Shown: piece after piece, positions 13,811 to 28,216 of the stretch
Layout of the letters: each line of letters starts with the position of its first letter
Numbering within the stretch: the stretch's first letter is position 1
DNA from: Octopus vulgaris
Taxonomy: Eukaryota
Direction: 5' to 3'
Length of the DNA stretch: 64,000 nt
Assembly: GCA_951406725.2 (NCBI GenBank)
Contig: OX597815.1
Location: 37,510,001-37,574,000 of the forward strand
The notes under the pieces: model-generated
Database searches by the model: none
The model's input: the letters and a program-made list of their open reading frames with translations, nothing else
Told to the model about the DNA's origin: nothing
Translations under genes and position numbers: made by a program

Positions 13811-16099
13811 ACTGAGATGATTTAGACAATACATCATCATCATTTGTGGTTGTTGCGTCAATATTGGCAACATGCCATCATTGAAATAGGAATCAGGACA
13901 TGCGCTTCTACACTTTTTACTCCTTTGTTAATGCCTAAACAAAAATTCAGGGCTCGATCAAGTGCCCTTGTTGGAGACCAATTACTGTAAGTGTAATGTA
14001 TGCTCCGAGTGAAGGATGAAGGATAACTTAGCATGCCAAAATGTTAGGGACTTGTCAGATAGTATCATAGGGAAGCAATCTCATCGAAACATGTTGAAAG
14101 TATTACTCGTACCTAATTTGACAAAAATTACTCGAGAGTTTCGATTTTCGCTCACATATTGTCTACTGTCGCATATAAATCTACTGTAGAGGCTCTGTTA
14201 AAGTGATTATATTCCGCCCTAAAATTTGGTTTTGACATTTTGCAGCAGGAATTCAGGATGTTATGTCAGGTTAAAATGTTATCAATTGAGAGACATTTTA
14301 TTCACCCTTTTTCAATACTGCACATAACATTAGCAAATAGAACGCATGTCCACCAAACCTGATTATTTTATCAATCTGCGTTATGATCACGAGTCGTATT
14401 ATAGCCAAAATAATTTTGCATTTGACTCATCACGAAGATTAAAGCTAATTTAGAGCTTTGAGAAGGACGGAGTTGTTCACGTGTAAGGCATACGATCGAA
14501 TACTAGTGTAATAAAATCTTCGGTTTGTTTCTTTGAAATTTGCCGTGAGCTTCATCCTAGAAACCAATGTGCTCCCAAACAAGATTCGTCTCAGAATATC
14601 TTTGACACAGTCAGCAAATTTGGCGGCTACTTGAAGGTAGAGCTGTTCTCTTATAACCGCTACGGTGATCGGAACACTTTCTGTGAGTATTTAGTTGCCC
14701 ACACGTCCTCGCTTGCTCTCCACGCTTGCACGCCCAAGCCTGCACACACACACACACACAAACATCTCTCTCTCATTCTTCATTCTCTCTCTCCCCCTCA
14801 CCATTCTTCATGGTCTCCTCGCACCATTCCCCTTCTTCTCTCTCTTCCTCTTGCTCCTCCTCCCTCATTCCCGTCGTCCATCTGCGACGATACTTCCGTC
14901 GTAACTGCTATCCTGTCTTTTCTCGCCCGCCTTCTAAGGCCACTGGTCGACATTCTTTCTCTCTCGTCGTCCACTATAATCCAGCGTTTGCATTACTTTT
15001 TTCGTCTGGCGTAAACAGCCCTTCTTATCTTGTTCTCCTTGTCCTGTCTCTCACTGTTATATATTTATTTTTCAACTGTTTATATATAATTTTTTTTTTA
15101 CTGTTTATATGTTTGTACTGTCGTTACCGTCTTGCTTTTTTTACCATTTTTTACCCCTCTGCGAAAAGATCTCAGAATTTTAATTGATTTGCTTTTCGCA
15201 GGAAGGAAGTTTCTTCGAAGTATACGTCTCGCTTTTATCCTTCGAAACGTAGAGTAGATGAAACCTTAGCGACTGAAGAAGGGGATTTTTCGTTGTGCTT
15301 ATTGTCCTGTATCTCTTTTTTCTTTTTTGCTTGTCCTGTTCCTTGGTTTGTGTCTATGTTTTTCGTCTCTCTATGTGTTCGACGTCTTTTTGGTGTCCTG
15401 TACACATATATGCGTGTATATGTACATGTAGAGGTAGGTACGTACATATATGTTTATATATATGCATATGTTCTATTTTATTAACATATATATATATATA
15501 TATGTATACACACACACGCACGCACGGACAAATACGCACGCATACGCACATAACTAATTAGTAAATGAAGTTTTACATCGTCGTCTCTCTGAGATTAATG
15601 TTTACACTCTAGCACCAGTTATATTTTATAATAATGTACACAACATATATATATATAAACTTGGTCAAAGCGGGGATTATATATACAGATTCTAATATTT
15701 AAAAGCTTAGCAAATTCAATATTTTAAGAATCTATATCACTTAATAAATAAAACACGAGGCACATAAGAAAGAAAAAAAAGCAGACATAAGAAATATGAC
15801 AAAAATGATGAATTAAAAGAAAACAGAATTAACAGGAAAACAATAAAAGCGATGAAATAAAACAGGATGAAGAATTAAACTGAAGACAATAAAGAAAAAA
15901 ATATATTATAAAGCAATAGATATTTGACAGCGAGCATAATATTTTAATGTTTAAACGTATCTACCCAGTAATCTTGGTTAGAAGCAAATGGGAAATGAAT
16001 GTATATATTTAACAAAAAACAAGAAAAAAAAAAGTAAAGTGTAAAGCAAAAATTAGGGAAATACAAAGAAAATATAAAACAGAGCTTATAAATTGATAC

Positions 16100-16163
<64 letters not shown>

Positions 16164-16186
16164 GTATGTATGTATGTATGTATGTA

Positions 16187-16217
<31 letters not shown>

Positions 16218-16239
16218 GCCTATCTATCTATCTATCCAA

Positions 16240-16327
<88 letters not shown>

Positions 16328-16332
16328 CTATG
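16100..16332. repeat. (TATG)n/(TCTG)n/(TATC)n microsatellite
   Basis: Directly visible. Confidence 0.95.
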
Positions 16333-16901
16333 AGTATACTCCATTTTTTTAATTTCTCTCTGCCCTGTATGTCTGTGTGCATACAGGGTAGACGAAAATA
16401 AAGGAGTTGGATATACTCATATTTATTCACAAAATGTGAACAAAAAGGAAAGTGCACAGAGCTAACGGCATGAAGAAAAGTAAAGAAACAAGGAGAGAGA
16501 GGGGGAGGGAGAGAAGAAGGGAGAGAGAGAGAATACAGAAGAAAAGAAGAAAATATCGAAAGACTTAAATATCAACAGTACAAGAGAAAGAATTCATCAG
16601 TACATATAGGCTATACAAAATTGCCAATGGAAATAAACAATTTTAGATTATTTCTTGAATTCAAAGGATACATGATTCCGGTTTCTCGAAAATGTCTACA
16701 AGTTCCAGAAGAAATGCCTTTAACAACACCCAGTAAACATACAATTTTTAATAGAAAGTTAGGAGTTAAGAAGATGTCTGGAAAAACTTTCTAAATTATC
16801 TTAAACGATTCATTACAAAGAAATCTCACTCATATATATATATATATGTGCGTGTATATATATATATATACATATGAATGTATGTATCTATGTGTATATA
16901 T

Positions 16902-17228
16902 GCTGAGACCTCTTCGGTCACGACTGACCATGGGATTGCACCTAGGAAGTTACCCTCCCAGGCACAAGTGCGGGCAAGATTGCTTATGGAAGACCAGCAG
17001 TCGCCCATGCATACCGGCCTCTCCTCTCCACACCACCAGTGTTATCCAAGGGAAGGGCAAGGGCGGATACAGCTTGGCACCTGTGACGTCGCAGCTCATT
17101 TCTACAGCTGAGTGAACTGGAGCAACGTAAAATAAAGTGACTTGCTCAAGAACACAACATGCAACCCGGTCCGGGAATCGAGCTTACAACCTCGCGATCG
17201 TAAGCTCGACGCTGTAACCACTAAGCCA

Positions 17229-17231
<3 letters not shown>
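16902..17231 (-). mobile_element. tRNA-derived SINE (CORE-like body)
   Basis: Reverse complement shows A box TGGCTTAGTGG, B box GCTCGATTCC and a CORE-like ttgagcaagtcactt segment. Confidence 0.8.
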
Positions 17232-17275
<44 letters not shown>

Positions 17276-17379
17276 TAAGTAATAGTGACGTCGCACATCA
17301 CGTGACAAGAGGACATCTTTTTTTTATTTGCTTCAACAACTACTGCTAATTCCGTGGAAGATAACTGTGCTAAAATATG

Positions 17380-18745
17380 TCTGGACTGAGCTATAGTTGG
17401 AGTATACATACTCCACCAGCTCCAAATACAGTTCCCTAACATAAAGGGAGGCCTTTACAGAGAGGACGCCCTACTAGTCACCAAGAGCGTAAATAAATCC
17501 ACTTTAGAACGAGCTAGGAAAGAAATAGCTTAAACCTACTTATTACTTTTGAAAATTCTCACAAAATCCCTAATTTTTTAGACGTAACGTTAATCTTAGA
17601 AACCTCACAACACTCCCCTTATCACAAACCCAACCAATACCTTAACTACTTAAACCTTAATTCCAATCATTAAAAATCCACATTTGATAATATAGTTAAG
17701 CATATCTCGATTCGTATGTCTAACTTCCCACCCACTTAGGAAATAGCCAATTATCACGTCCCATATTACAACTAAGCGCTCGCTGCTGGCAGCTTCTCCC
17801 AACAAATAAAATACATCCCTAATATTAGGCTCAAGCAACATACATCTCATATCATATCACAACGACATGCCAACAATCAGAATCACAACAGACCACGCAA
17901 ACACTATACCAGAAACCCAGGAGAACTCAGATTAAGACAACTTAGACTCCATACGCACACTTGGTCAAAAGCTAAAACAGCTAACAATAACGGGCCATAT
18001 TATCCCCTTCTAATTTCTGAAAATGTAGATAACACCACCCCTAAGCAACAGAAAAAAAGTGGTGGACGCTCTATTCTATGGTATACAACCCGCTACTCAC
18101 TAAACGTTTAGAACTTAGCTAATTCCGTTTTTAATATACTGGACTCCAACTTCCCTGGTCAACATAGTATTACTCTATCTTTAATAGATCTAACTTAAAG
18201 CTATCCTACTGCACCCCTCCCAACTTTGTGGCTATCATAACAGCCTCTAATAAACGAAAACTTTATCTCTATTATCAAAACTTACACTGTAACAACTCTG
18301 AATACACGGGTGCCCAACATATACATAGCTCCAATATCAAACCCCATACTTTAGACCACAACGGAAACCCTACTAATCCCTCTAACACTGATCAGGATAT
18401 TACTACCACTATTACAGATAGGATAAATAACAGCAACGATAGAAATAGTAATGATAATAGTAATAATGATGTTAATAACATAGACCAATCTACTCCCATA
18501 TTCAACCTCTGCTCTGACAGTATTGCCTCCTCTATTCCTTCTACAAACCCATTGCAGAAGGTTTAATGTAATTTGTAAATGCACCTTCCTCAACATGTTT
18601 CGCAATTCTACAACTATATAGAGGATCAAGTATAAATTTTAAACAGCGATACGCTGCGCATCTCAGTACTTTTAACTATGAGAAACAGTAAATCCACAAC
18701 AATCGCCAGTCACATACATCATCTCAAAAAACAGAAATATCCCCC
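17380..18745 (+). mobile_element. Penelope-like element remnant (RT YRDD-type region to GIY-YIG)
   Basis: GGLYREDAL, FLDVTL, PYHKPN, FNRSNLKLSYCT and FKQRYAAHLSTF motifs in shifting frames. Ends at (TA)n. Same lineage as 31882-32871. Confidence 0.75.
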
Positions 18746-19457
18746 CCGATATATATATATATATAAATATATATTTATTTATGTATGTATATATGTACAC
18801 ACACATATATAACTATAAATATATAGAGAGAACTTTGATATGACTTTGTTGCAGGTACCGTGAATTCGCTACTTCATTTAGATGCCTTCTTAGCCATTAC
18901 TGACCATCGAGATTCTACTTGCCCTCCTACCCATTGAATGATTGGAGCATCGAGTCCGTGACAGCTGGAGGGATATAAAACTGCACCAGAACTACGTTGT
19001 TACTCATTTTCGGGTGAGTATATTAGAGCAAGGTGAAATTGAGTGTCTTGCTAAAGACAAAACACGCCATTCAGTAACTGAATACCCACCCGACTTAATT
19101 ATTGGAAGCCGAAAACTTTACCGCTTGGCCATGCGATTGCAACCCATATATACACTTGTTAAAATATAAACCTGTATACTACATCGGTCTTTAATTGGCG
19201 TGTTACGCATTTAAACGCTACTGGAAAAAAGAGAGACCATAAGACGATACACAGTTCTAAGTTTCGGTAAAAGAAACAAAACGCAGCCGGTCAAGCAGAG
19301 TAACCATATATGTGAAGTAATCACTGCATATTTCGGTCGACAGTGTTTTATTAATAATGTATTGTACTCTATAGCATTAAGAGGGAACTCAACTGGCTTA
19401 GAATATATCTACGATAATTGTATCATAACTGATAGTATTATGTATATGTTTCATGAA

Positions 19458-19680
19458 GGCTGCGAGCTGGCAGAATCGCTAGCTCCCCACGTCTTTTTTT
19501 GTAATGTAATTATTGTTAGTATACCGGACAAAATGTGAAGCCTCATTTCAGGTTCAATTCTTGTCGAGGTCTGTCTTTATTCATTTTAGGATCGATAAAA
19601 TAAATACCAGCCAAGTACTGGGGATGACGAAATCGACTAGACCCTCCCCTCAAACATTCAGGCCTTGTAAAAAAAAACGG
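19458..19680 (+). mobile_element. Degenerate SINE (GCGAGCTGGCAGAA family)
   Basis: Similar to 47800-48030. Confidence 0.7.
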
Positions 19681-19688
19681 ATTATATA

Positions 19689-20883
19689 TTAGGTCATCAA
19701 GTATGAAATTTGTAGAAAAGAGAAAAAAAGTTTGTTAATGTTTTATAAATACAAGGAAGAGTTTTATTCATCGAAAGATGCACCCATATTGTCAATACAC
19801 TTTTGCCATTTCAGCGGTAGCTTGTCCAGCCTGGAACTGTAAAAGCCTTGCAATCTAGAGTCAATAAAATCTTGGAAGGTCTGTTTTACAGTATCGTCGG
19901 AATTATTTTTTTCCTATCAAAAAGTTATCCAAGTTCTGGGGGCAAGATCAGGTGAGTATGGTGGATGATGGAGAACTTCCAACTCCAACTTCTGTAGTTC
20001 CGCTAATGTTATTTTTGCGATGTGGTGGTCTGGTATTGTCTTACAATAAAATAGGAGTGGATCTGTTGTATAATCTAAGCTGCTTTTTGTAAGCTTCTGC
20101 ATCATTTGGTCCAGTTGGCTGCAGTATACTTCGGCCGTGATTGATGAGCCAGGTTTAATGAAATCACAGTGGTTCACACCTGCGCCTGACCACCAAACAC
20201 ACACCAACAGCCTCCTGTGTTTTGGTGACTCGCCTTTGTCCAACCATTGTGCTGAACGCTTATGATTGTTGTATTGGTTCCATTTCTCATCACATGTTAC
20301 AATTCGATTAAAAAATGAATCATTTCTGTGACGAGAAAGTAGCATAATGCAGGCTTCCAAACGTTGCTGTTTCTGATTTCCATTGTGGAACCCACGTATC
20401 CATCTTTTTCACTTTACTGAACAAGGTGAATCAACATGCTTACTAACATCAAACAACAACGATAATTCACAGGCGCTGTGCGATGGATCTGACTCGAAAG
20501 TGGCTTTCAGTTCATCATTATCCACCTTTGTTTTTGGTCGACCGCGTCGCTCATTTGTGAGGTAAAAGCTACCAGAACGAAATTTTGCAAACCAATTTGA
20601 TGTTGTCTGTTGCATAATAACATTAAAAGGAAATACATCGTTAATATTCCGATCTGTCTGAAATGTATTTCCAAGAAAGAATTCTTATTTCAAAACTGTA
20701 CGAATTTCCGATTTATCCATCTCTAAACGAAGATAGCAGAAAGCGATTTATAAATACTTTATAAAGCACAAAATGAGTTAGAATAAATTGATGTGTCAGC
20801 TTTCTAACAAAAAGTAAATATTGTGAAGCATCTGTCAAAGTTTACCGTATACCGAACTACAAATTTCATACTTGACGACCTAA
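19689..20883 (-). mobile_element. Near-full-length mariner (DD34D-type) with frameshifted transposase
   Basis: 27-bp TIRs ttaggtcatcaagtatgaaatttgtag / ctacaaatttcatacttgacgacctaa flanked by TA. Motifs WFAKFRSG, GRP, IVTCDEKW and HPPYSPDLAP. Confidence 0.95.
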
Positions 20884-21204
20884 TATATCGCAAGATTAAA
20901 TATAATTTATGTATCTGTGCATTTATCTACATAAGAATGTATACATTGCATATGTGTGTGTATAGGAATACGTACATACAAACATAAATATGTGTGTGTA
21001 TATGTGGGTATATGGGTGTGTTTCTTTGCACAAATCGAAAGAAAAGTGCACTCGACATTTCATAGAGTTTATATTTATTTTTATTGACAGTTTGAAGTTG
21101 CACAACAGAGAAACATACACACCTGATCGTTCAGCTTCCTGCTTCTAGAGTCTCTAAAGTAATTAGAAGTAATACGATTTTAGCTCAAACTACTAAAAAC
21201 ATAT

Positions 21205-21365
21205 GGCGTGGGTGTGTGGTACGAATATTGCTTCTAAACGACGTGATTCCAGGTTCAGTCCCACTGCGTGGCGTGGCATTTTCGGTAAGTGTCTTCTACT
21301 GTAGCCCCGGGCAGACCAAAGCCTCGTGAGTGGATTTGATAGATGGAAACTCAAAGAAGCCTGTC

Positions 21366-21367
<2 letters not shown>
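21205..21367 (+). mobile_element. tRNA-derived CORE-type SINE
   Basis: A box ggcgtgggtgtgtggt, B box ggttcagtccc, body gtaagtgtcttctactgtagcc..gagtggatttg. Ends in (TA)n. Confidence 0.8.
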
Positions 21368-21425
<58 letters not shown>

Positions 21426-21586
21426 TGTATATATATATATTTCGTTTTTAGATTTGGTTTGCAAGATTCTTTTTATGAGTTCGTGTGTTGAAGCATATTC
21501 TATTATGTCTGGGAAGAGTCATTTTCTTTTTGTGCTTTATTATGTAACACACTTTTCCACGTTCTTCTTATTTTTATTGTCCTAAA

Positions 21587-21663
21587 ATTTTCGTTGCATC
21601 TTGCAACCTTTTCAATAGTTTTGAGTCAAAACTATTGAAAAAGTTGCAAGATGCAACGAAAAT
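21587..21663. repeat. Near-perfect 38-bp-arm palindrome made of two HHR-like halves
   Basis: Centre at 21625. Each arm reads CTATTGA-aaa(a/g)-GTTGC(AAGAT)GCAAC-GAAAAT. Confidence 0.85.
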
Positions 21664-22343
21664 GGCAGTCATTTTCGGCTTCGCAAGCCCGTGCTCTTTC
21701 CAAAACTTGCACTATAACATACTCAGGAGTTTCAGACCTCACTTGTCTGATTCCTTTATTGATATTCTCTTTCAGCTGCACCAGGGTCTCCGGTTTGTTG
21801 ATGTAAACTCTCTCTTTCAAGAAAAAAATCCCGGTTAGTCAAGTCTAGAGAACGTGAAGGCCAGTTGATATTGCCGTAGCGGAGGATTATTCTCTCTCCA
21901 AACCACTGCTGTAGTAACTGTATTGTTTCTCTTGTGATATAAGCAGTTGCCCCATCTTGCTGGAACCATGTGTGCGGTCTACATTGAATGGCCTTCACGT
22001 TCTCCACACTTGACTAGCTCGGAGTTTTTCTTGTGGAGATACCTGAAAGAGAGAGTTTATGTCAACAAACCGGTGACCCTGGTGCAACTGAAGAAGAACA
22101 TCAATAGATAAATCAGAGAAATGGGGTCTGAAAGTCTTGAAGGTGTTACGGTGCAAGTATTGGAAGGAACACTGCGTGCGAAGCCGAAAGTGGCTGTAAT
22201 TTAAGCGATGCCATTTTTTATATGTTATGTAGTAGTTTTGCAAAGTTTGACTTGTGCGCTTTACTTTCGGTTATGTCCTTCATATTGTATCAAAATTTCA
22301 TGCATTTATTTATAAATTTAAGGAATTTTGGGACAGTCTGTAT
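21663..22343. mobile_element. Tc1/mariner-superfamily (maT/rosa-like) transposase 3' part with internal inversion
   Basis: Minus strand WFQQDGATA..WPSRSLDLT..DFF and KERVYINKPETLVQLKENI. The same segment recurs on the plus strand at 22020-22210, ending in TIR-like ttttgggacagtctgTA. Confidence 0.8.
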
Positions 22344-22500
22344 ATATATATATATAAGAGATAATGGTGTCATTGAGACCCAAATGTGTCAGGTAATGCT
22401 GAATAAGTGCTATAGACAGACCATAGTTAACTCCCAGATTCGGTAACATTGCGAATAAAGGGTTCAATGTTGGTTCTATGTTAGCGTGCGTATATATGAA

Positions 22501-22668
22501 TTTTTTACGTAATGAGATAAAAAACCAAGGCTGTATAGATATTAGAGCATTTATAGAGAGATGGTCTTACAGCTGTTTCTAGAAATATCCTAGAAACAGC
22601 TGTAAGACCTATCTATAAATGCTCTAATATCTATACGGCCTTGTTTTTTTATCTCACTACGCAAAAAA
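22501..22668. repeat. ~80-bp-arm inverted repeat of a PLE terminal-repeat 3' end carrying HHR halves
   Basis: GTCTTACAGCTGTTTC...GAAACAGCTGTAAGAC. Same family as 51642-52920. Confidence 0.85.
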
Positions 22669-22669
22669 T

Positions 22670-22848
<179 letters not shown>

Positions 22849-23361
22849 GTCATTAAGAATGGAATGTCCGATTTTCTAATGCACCAAGTTTGACAGTCGT
22901 TAACTCGAATGTTTTATCCTCACAATACTTTGTTTTACAACATTGAAGAGTTAAATCATCACTTTATGAAATGCAATTCATGTCTGATTATATTGTGAGT
23001 TTTCTCTTGTAAATCAATTTTTGTTAACCTATGGATAGATAAAAAAATTCGTGTTTTTTTATGAATATGAGCTCCGTCGTGGATCCAGTGCCAACGAGAG
23101 TGTTGTCCTAGTAGGGCTATTGTATCTAGAAGTCTGCAGCTTCCAGTCACATGGATTTCATTAGACATTCGTAACTTGTTCTGGAGGTTAGATGTTTCTG
23201 ATAATTTATTGATGAGGAGGTTTCTGGTTTAGGCATTTTTGTAGATAACGGTGTAAATTTATGGTTGGGTGTGATGCATTTTGCGTTTCGTTTTGTGAGG
23301 TTTATGATTATGTGTTCGCTCTGGAACATTTAACACATACACGCCTACATACTCTCTCCCC

Positions 23362-23415
<54 letters not shown>

Positions 23416-24949
23416 AACACACGCACAATACCCATTTCCTCCACACATTATGACTGTTATACTTTATTCACATGAACCATGCGATAACAATGTACATCTA
23501 TTTCTCAGTATTTACGAACGGGCACGCACATACTTCTGTCTCTCTCTTTCTATGTACACACACACACATACACACACTCTCACACACACATACACACACG
23601 CACTCTCACATACTCTTTCCTCCACACACACTCTCTCTCTCTCCTATACACATACACAAACACACAAGCACGCACAACATGCACACACTTAAGAGGCCCA
23701 TACACTTCATTACACCTTACCCTTCTGATTTCCCTTATCTTGCTTAAGCTCTTGCTCTTTAGCTGCAAAACACCATTCTCTACCCTTTCACCCAACCTAT
23801 TTCCGTCCAGTTATTAACAATGCTGTTTCATTGAAATCAATATGCTTTTTTCACTTGATAATCTTGTTTTCCTACTTTCCTACTTTCTGTTCTGGACGAT
23901 GCACGTTTATCTAAAATATTGAAATTCTTTACTGTTTCTTTCCCACTCTCTAATTACCTTGATTTTGAACTCCTATTCGTTGTTCACTTTTTTATTTTGC
24001 TTTGTTTTTTTTTCTTGCGGATCTACTTGGATATTCCTTTAAGACACTGATGCAGCCTACCCGGATTGCCACTGGATGTGCATGCCATAAAGTAATTATG
24101 ATGCACTAAGTGTGTTTTCCAACCTTATCAATTCTCTCTCTTCCCTTTCCTACATTCTTACACTCTAATGCCATTAATATTCAGGTTTGCACAGCACGTC
24201 ATCATAATTTCTTTACACCAATACTTCTTATTTGGCATTTTCTGGAAAGATGTGTACCAAAAATACTGTTCACAATTACGAGACAATCAGTATAGCCGAA
24301 TAGCAGATTTGAAATCTTTACGAGGCTTTTGAATTCCCTAGAGTAATCTCTTTACACTGTTATGTACACATACAAACAATAAACATGTATAATCTTTCTT
24401 ATATACTGGCACACATATAGACAAATAACACACAAATATATTCATACACGCACACGCACATACACAACAGCTAAAAAAGGAATGAAAAAGTAAACGTTAA
24501 CAAGACATATTTCAAGCATAAATAAAATATTAGAAATATTCTGTGACATTTGTACAAGTTTGTTTTATGTCAGAATGAAGTAGGGACATGTGCCTGTGAA
24601 GCTGCTCTTTTATGATTTATTTTATATATGACAGTATATATATATATGTATGTAGGGTCAAATATTTAACATAGACGCTACTTGGAAAACTGTAAGTTAT
24701 AGAAGCTATGATGACATTTATACATTGCTGATGGGTTTTTTGTTTGCTCAGCAACGAACAACAAAGTCGCAAAATACCTCTCATCTATACAAATTGTGTA
24801 CATAAAATATATTGTACACGGTCTTCTGAATCTCATTTTCTTTTATCAGATTCCACACTCTAACTATATGCGACCAGTCTTTACTGAGAGTATGCTAACC
24901 TAAAATGCAAAAATTGAAACAAAATCATCTCTCCTTTTGAAGATACATG

Positions 24950-26500
24950 CATATCAATGTACATGTCTTTATGTCTCAGTGATTTTGCGGGTCAGAGCAT
25001 TGATGCTCTTAGATTAAGAAAAGAAAATTCAATCAGAATTCAATCCGCTGCTGTTTACACATTTTCGAATATGACATCTGGTGATTATATGAGATCAAAC
25101 CTGTTTAACCATAATGTTAACCAGTTGAATCATACTGTAGAGGTAAATATATAGAGCCATACGAAACAGAAAGCCCTTTCTCAAGACCGCACTCTATCAT
25201 CCATGATATACATCATTTTACTTAGACATATAACATCAAATACTAAATAAAGACTTGCTTCTCTAGCTTATCAACCCATGATAACATACTAACAGGAAAA
25301 GTGCGAAGGTCCAGGGCAGATAATCATTTGAATGACTGAATGAATTTAAGCAACTATTCTGTTGGGAGAAGTGTTTACTACTTTGCACAGTTAAAGGCTT
25401 TAACTCCTGAAAATCTCATGATAGATTCTCCAATTACAACTTTTACGCACCCATCACTATTTTTGCTGTTGTTAGATTATATGCATAATGGAAGGAGACT
25501 CCCTTCTGCTGGATAAGGTGTGTGTTTCACGGTTTGTTGACTAGTCACCAGGAGACTAATTCCGTTTGTCTTTCTACATGTCTAAATCTTTCGGCAGCTG
25601 AATGACATCTATGATCACCAGCACTTGCAGATATTAGCAGTAAGTAATTAGCAGAATTTAGCTGGATGCCATCACTACAATTGCACAATTTCATTTTCTA
25701 ACATCCTTGATCATCCATTAATTGGGGTCTCAGCCCAAACTATGAATCCTCCATGTTGCTTTCCAAGGATTCTAATGGTGATTTATCTAATCTATTCATT
25801 CGCTTCAAACCTTTTTAGATGGCTTAGGTTCATCAGGATTAAGAATTCTGCTAAAATAAATATGAGTAGGGAGAAGTAAATTCCACTACCACAATTAAGG
25901 GTTAGGGTTGATGATCCTCATCAGTGGAGATATACCGTGTGTAGGATGTAACAGTGTAGTTATCCAGTGATTTTACTCAGGTGTCTGCCTCACTTTTACA
26001 AAGACGAATAGTTTGGTTAGTGGATAAAGCTATATCACGCTAATGATATGGTGTTTAACTAAAATATCCACTCTAATATCCAATTTTATATTTCTATTAT
26101 ATATTTTGCTTCATTATCTATATTAATATTGAAGATAGAGATGTTAGTGTAGTTTTGAGTGAGTATGTTGATGTCTCGCTCTTTATATTGAGTCATATTT
26201 ATTTCATATATGCCTTTTGGTTTTGGTCTGAAAGTAAATTGTATTCATGAAATTTAATCTTCTCAATTAGGTCTAGGATTTTCGATTTAAAGGGTTCTAG
26301 AACTTTTATTATTGGAAGGGATATCCGTGTTTAATACCAGGATGCATATCTCTGAATCAGAATGAAACGGGCTGCTTTTCAGCAAATGCATTATCCCCTC
26401 AGATTTCATCAGTAATTTTGTTATGTAGAGTTTATCTAAGGGCGTCTGTGGGTCTTGGAAAAGTAATCTAAGCTGCATTAATCAATTTTTGATAAAGTTA
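24950..26500 (-). mobile_element. Possible highly degenerate LINE remnant
   Basis: Non-microsatellite, coding-like composition with broken frames. No clean motif was recognised. Confidence 0.25.
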
Positions 26501-27413
26501 GCTTTTAAATATTAAGAGAGTTTGATTATATCTCAGACAACTTGAACAATCTCTCGACATATGTGTTTTCTATCTATATGCCACAAATCTTTGTATGGTG
26601 CCGGACATATGTGACATTTGTGACCCTTAATGAAACCATATCTTGATATAACTGTGAACGTTGTATTAATTTATCCCACGTGACTTGAATGTTGCCTATG
26701 TACAACATAGGAAAGTGTGTATGCAGTATCGTGTCCCTTGAATTATATAGAAATTATCAAAAATATAAAGCATCCAATACAGAGATGTTGGGGAATGAAT
26801 TTGTATTTATAAAACAATACGAGTTATTGTATCGTATAGACTACCATTTGTTTCGTAATTCAGTTCTAAAATAACTCGATAAATACATCATCTGGGTGAA
26901 AAACACTAACAGCTTCCTTTGACGAAAGTATGGGGGTATGTCGTAGCGGAAATATGTGATATCGTAGACAATAAATGCTATTTGAACACTAATAACAATA
27001 GTTTACTGTATTATACATTATTACTGGCTGCATATAAGGTGTAATATAGTGTCGTTATAGTTTTATGAAAGAAATAAAATTTCAAGTTGAATAAAGTAAG
27101 GTGACAACAATTTACACTTAGTCGTCCGTTGAGTGCAAGTTATAAGATGTATTATACTTGATATGTCGCGTTTTATTACATAATTTTATATATCTTTCAA
27201 TGCCGAATTCTTCTAGTAGTTTTTATGCTTTAGATTAGAGAAAACATAAGAAAAATAGATAACAACTATTTCAGAATATATCTTACATCTCATTTAATAG
27301 TCTTGTAAACTCTTTGTTGAAGATTACTCAATGTACAGTCTAAACTGTAAACAAGCGTAATGTGATTATTGAAATAAAGAAAATGGTTCTTAAAAATGTC
27401 TTCGTTACTTCAA

Positions 27414-27482
<69 letters not shown>

Positions 27483-28216
27483 TATTATATATCGTATTCC
27501 TAGGGTGGTCATGAAACCGATTAAAAGAAAATCGGCAATTGATGCTCATGGCTTTGTCAGGCTTATGGTAAGAGGCCTGAAGGAATATTAAACATATCAG
27601 GAAAATCAGCAGACTGTTTTTTTTCTTACTCCCTAAAATAGAACATCGTCAATTAAAATAAATAGATCAATCAGCATTCCATCGTAGCAACTTGAAGTAT
27701 AATTTCGGCTTGAGTCGGCAATATTTATGGTTAAAATGTCAAAACGCAGGTTTTATTTTTTACTTTCTATTTGTTTTAGCGAGGAGGAAAACCTAGATTT
27801 GTCTACATTTTCTTATCCCTAACCTAAGCACTTTATACAAAGATACAAACTTCGTCGTTTGAATGCAGGTAACAAAAACAAATTCATATTTGAAACTTCA
27901 GGAGAGCCCTGCATATTTTTACTGTTCCTTTTATAGATTGTGATGTGTGAATTAGCTGGCTTGTTTCTTTTTTCGAAAACATTAGTTTATCCGAGTGTCA
28001 CAGAGGCATTTCCTCAGAAAAGAATGTGCACCAATTATAACTGGTATACATGTGAATTTATAATCTGGATATAGTAGGTACAGGTTTGAAAACATTTGTC
28101 CATTGTTATCCTATTTCTCTTCGATTTTTGAAGAATTATTCGCATCAGCAGGGCACTTGACCTCTATGACGGTACATACTTTCCTTGTCTGTTCCAAACA
28201 ACGATATCTGGCCTAT

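Noticed and set aside
23000-24250. Possible additional PLE fragment and terminal repeat (ctgatgcagcc at ~24047)
   Set aside because: Motifs are too decayed for support.
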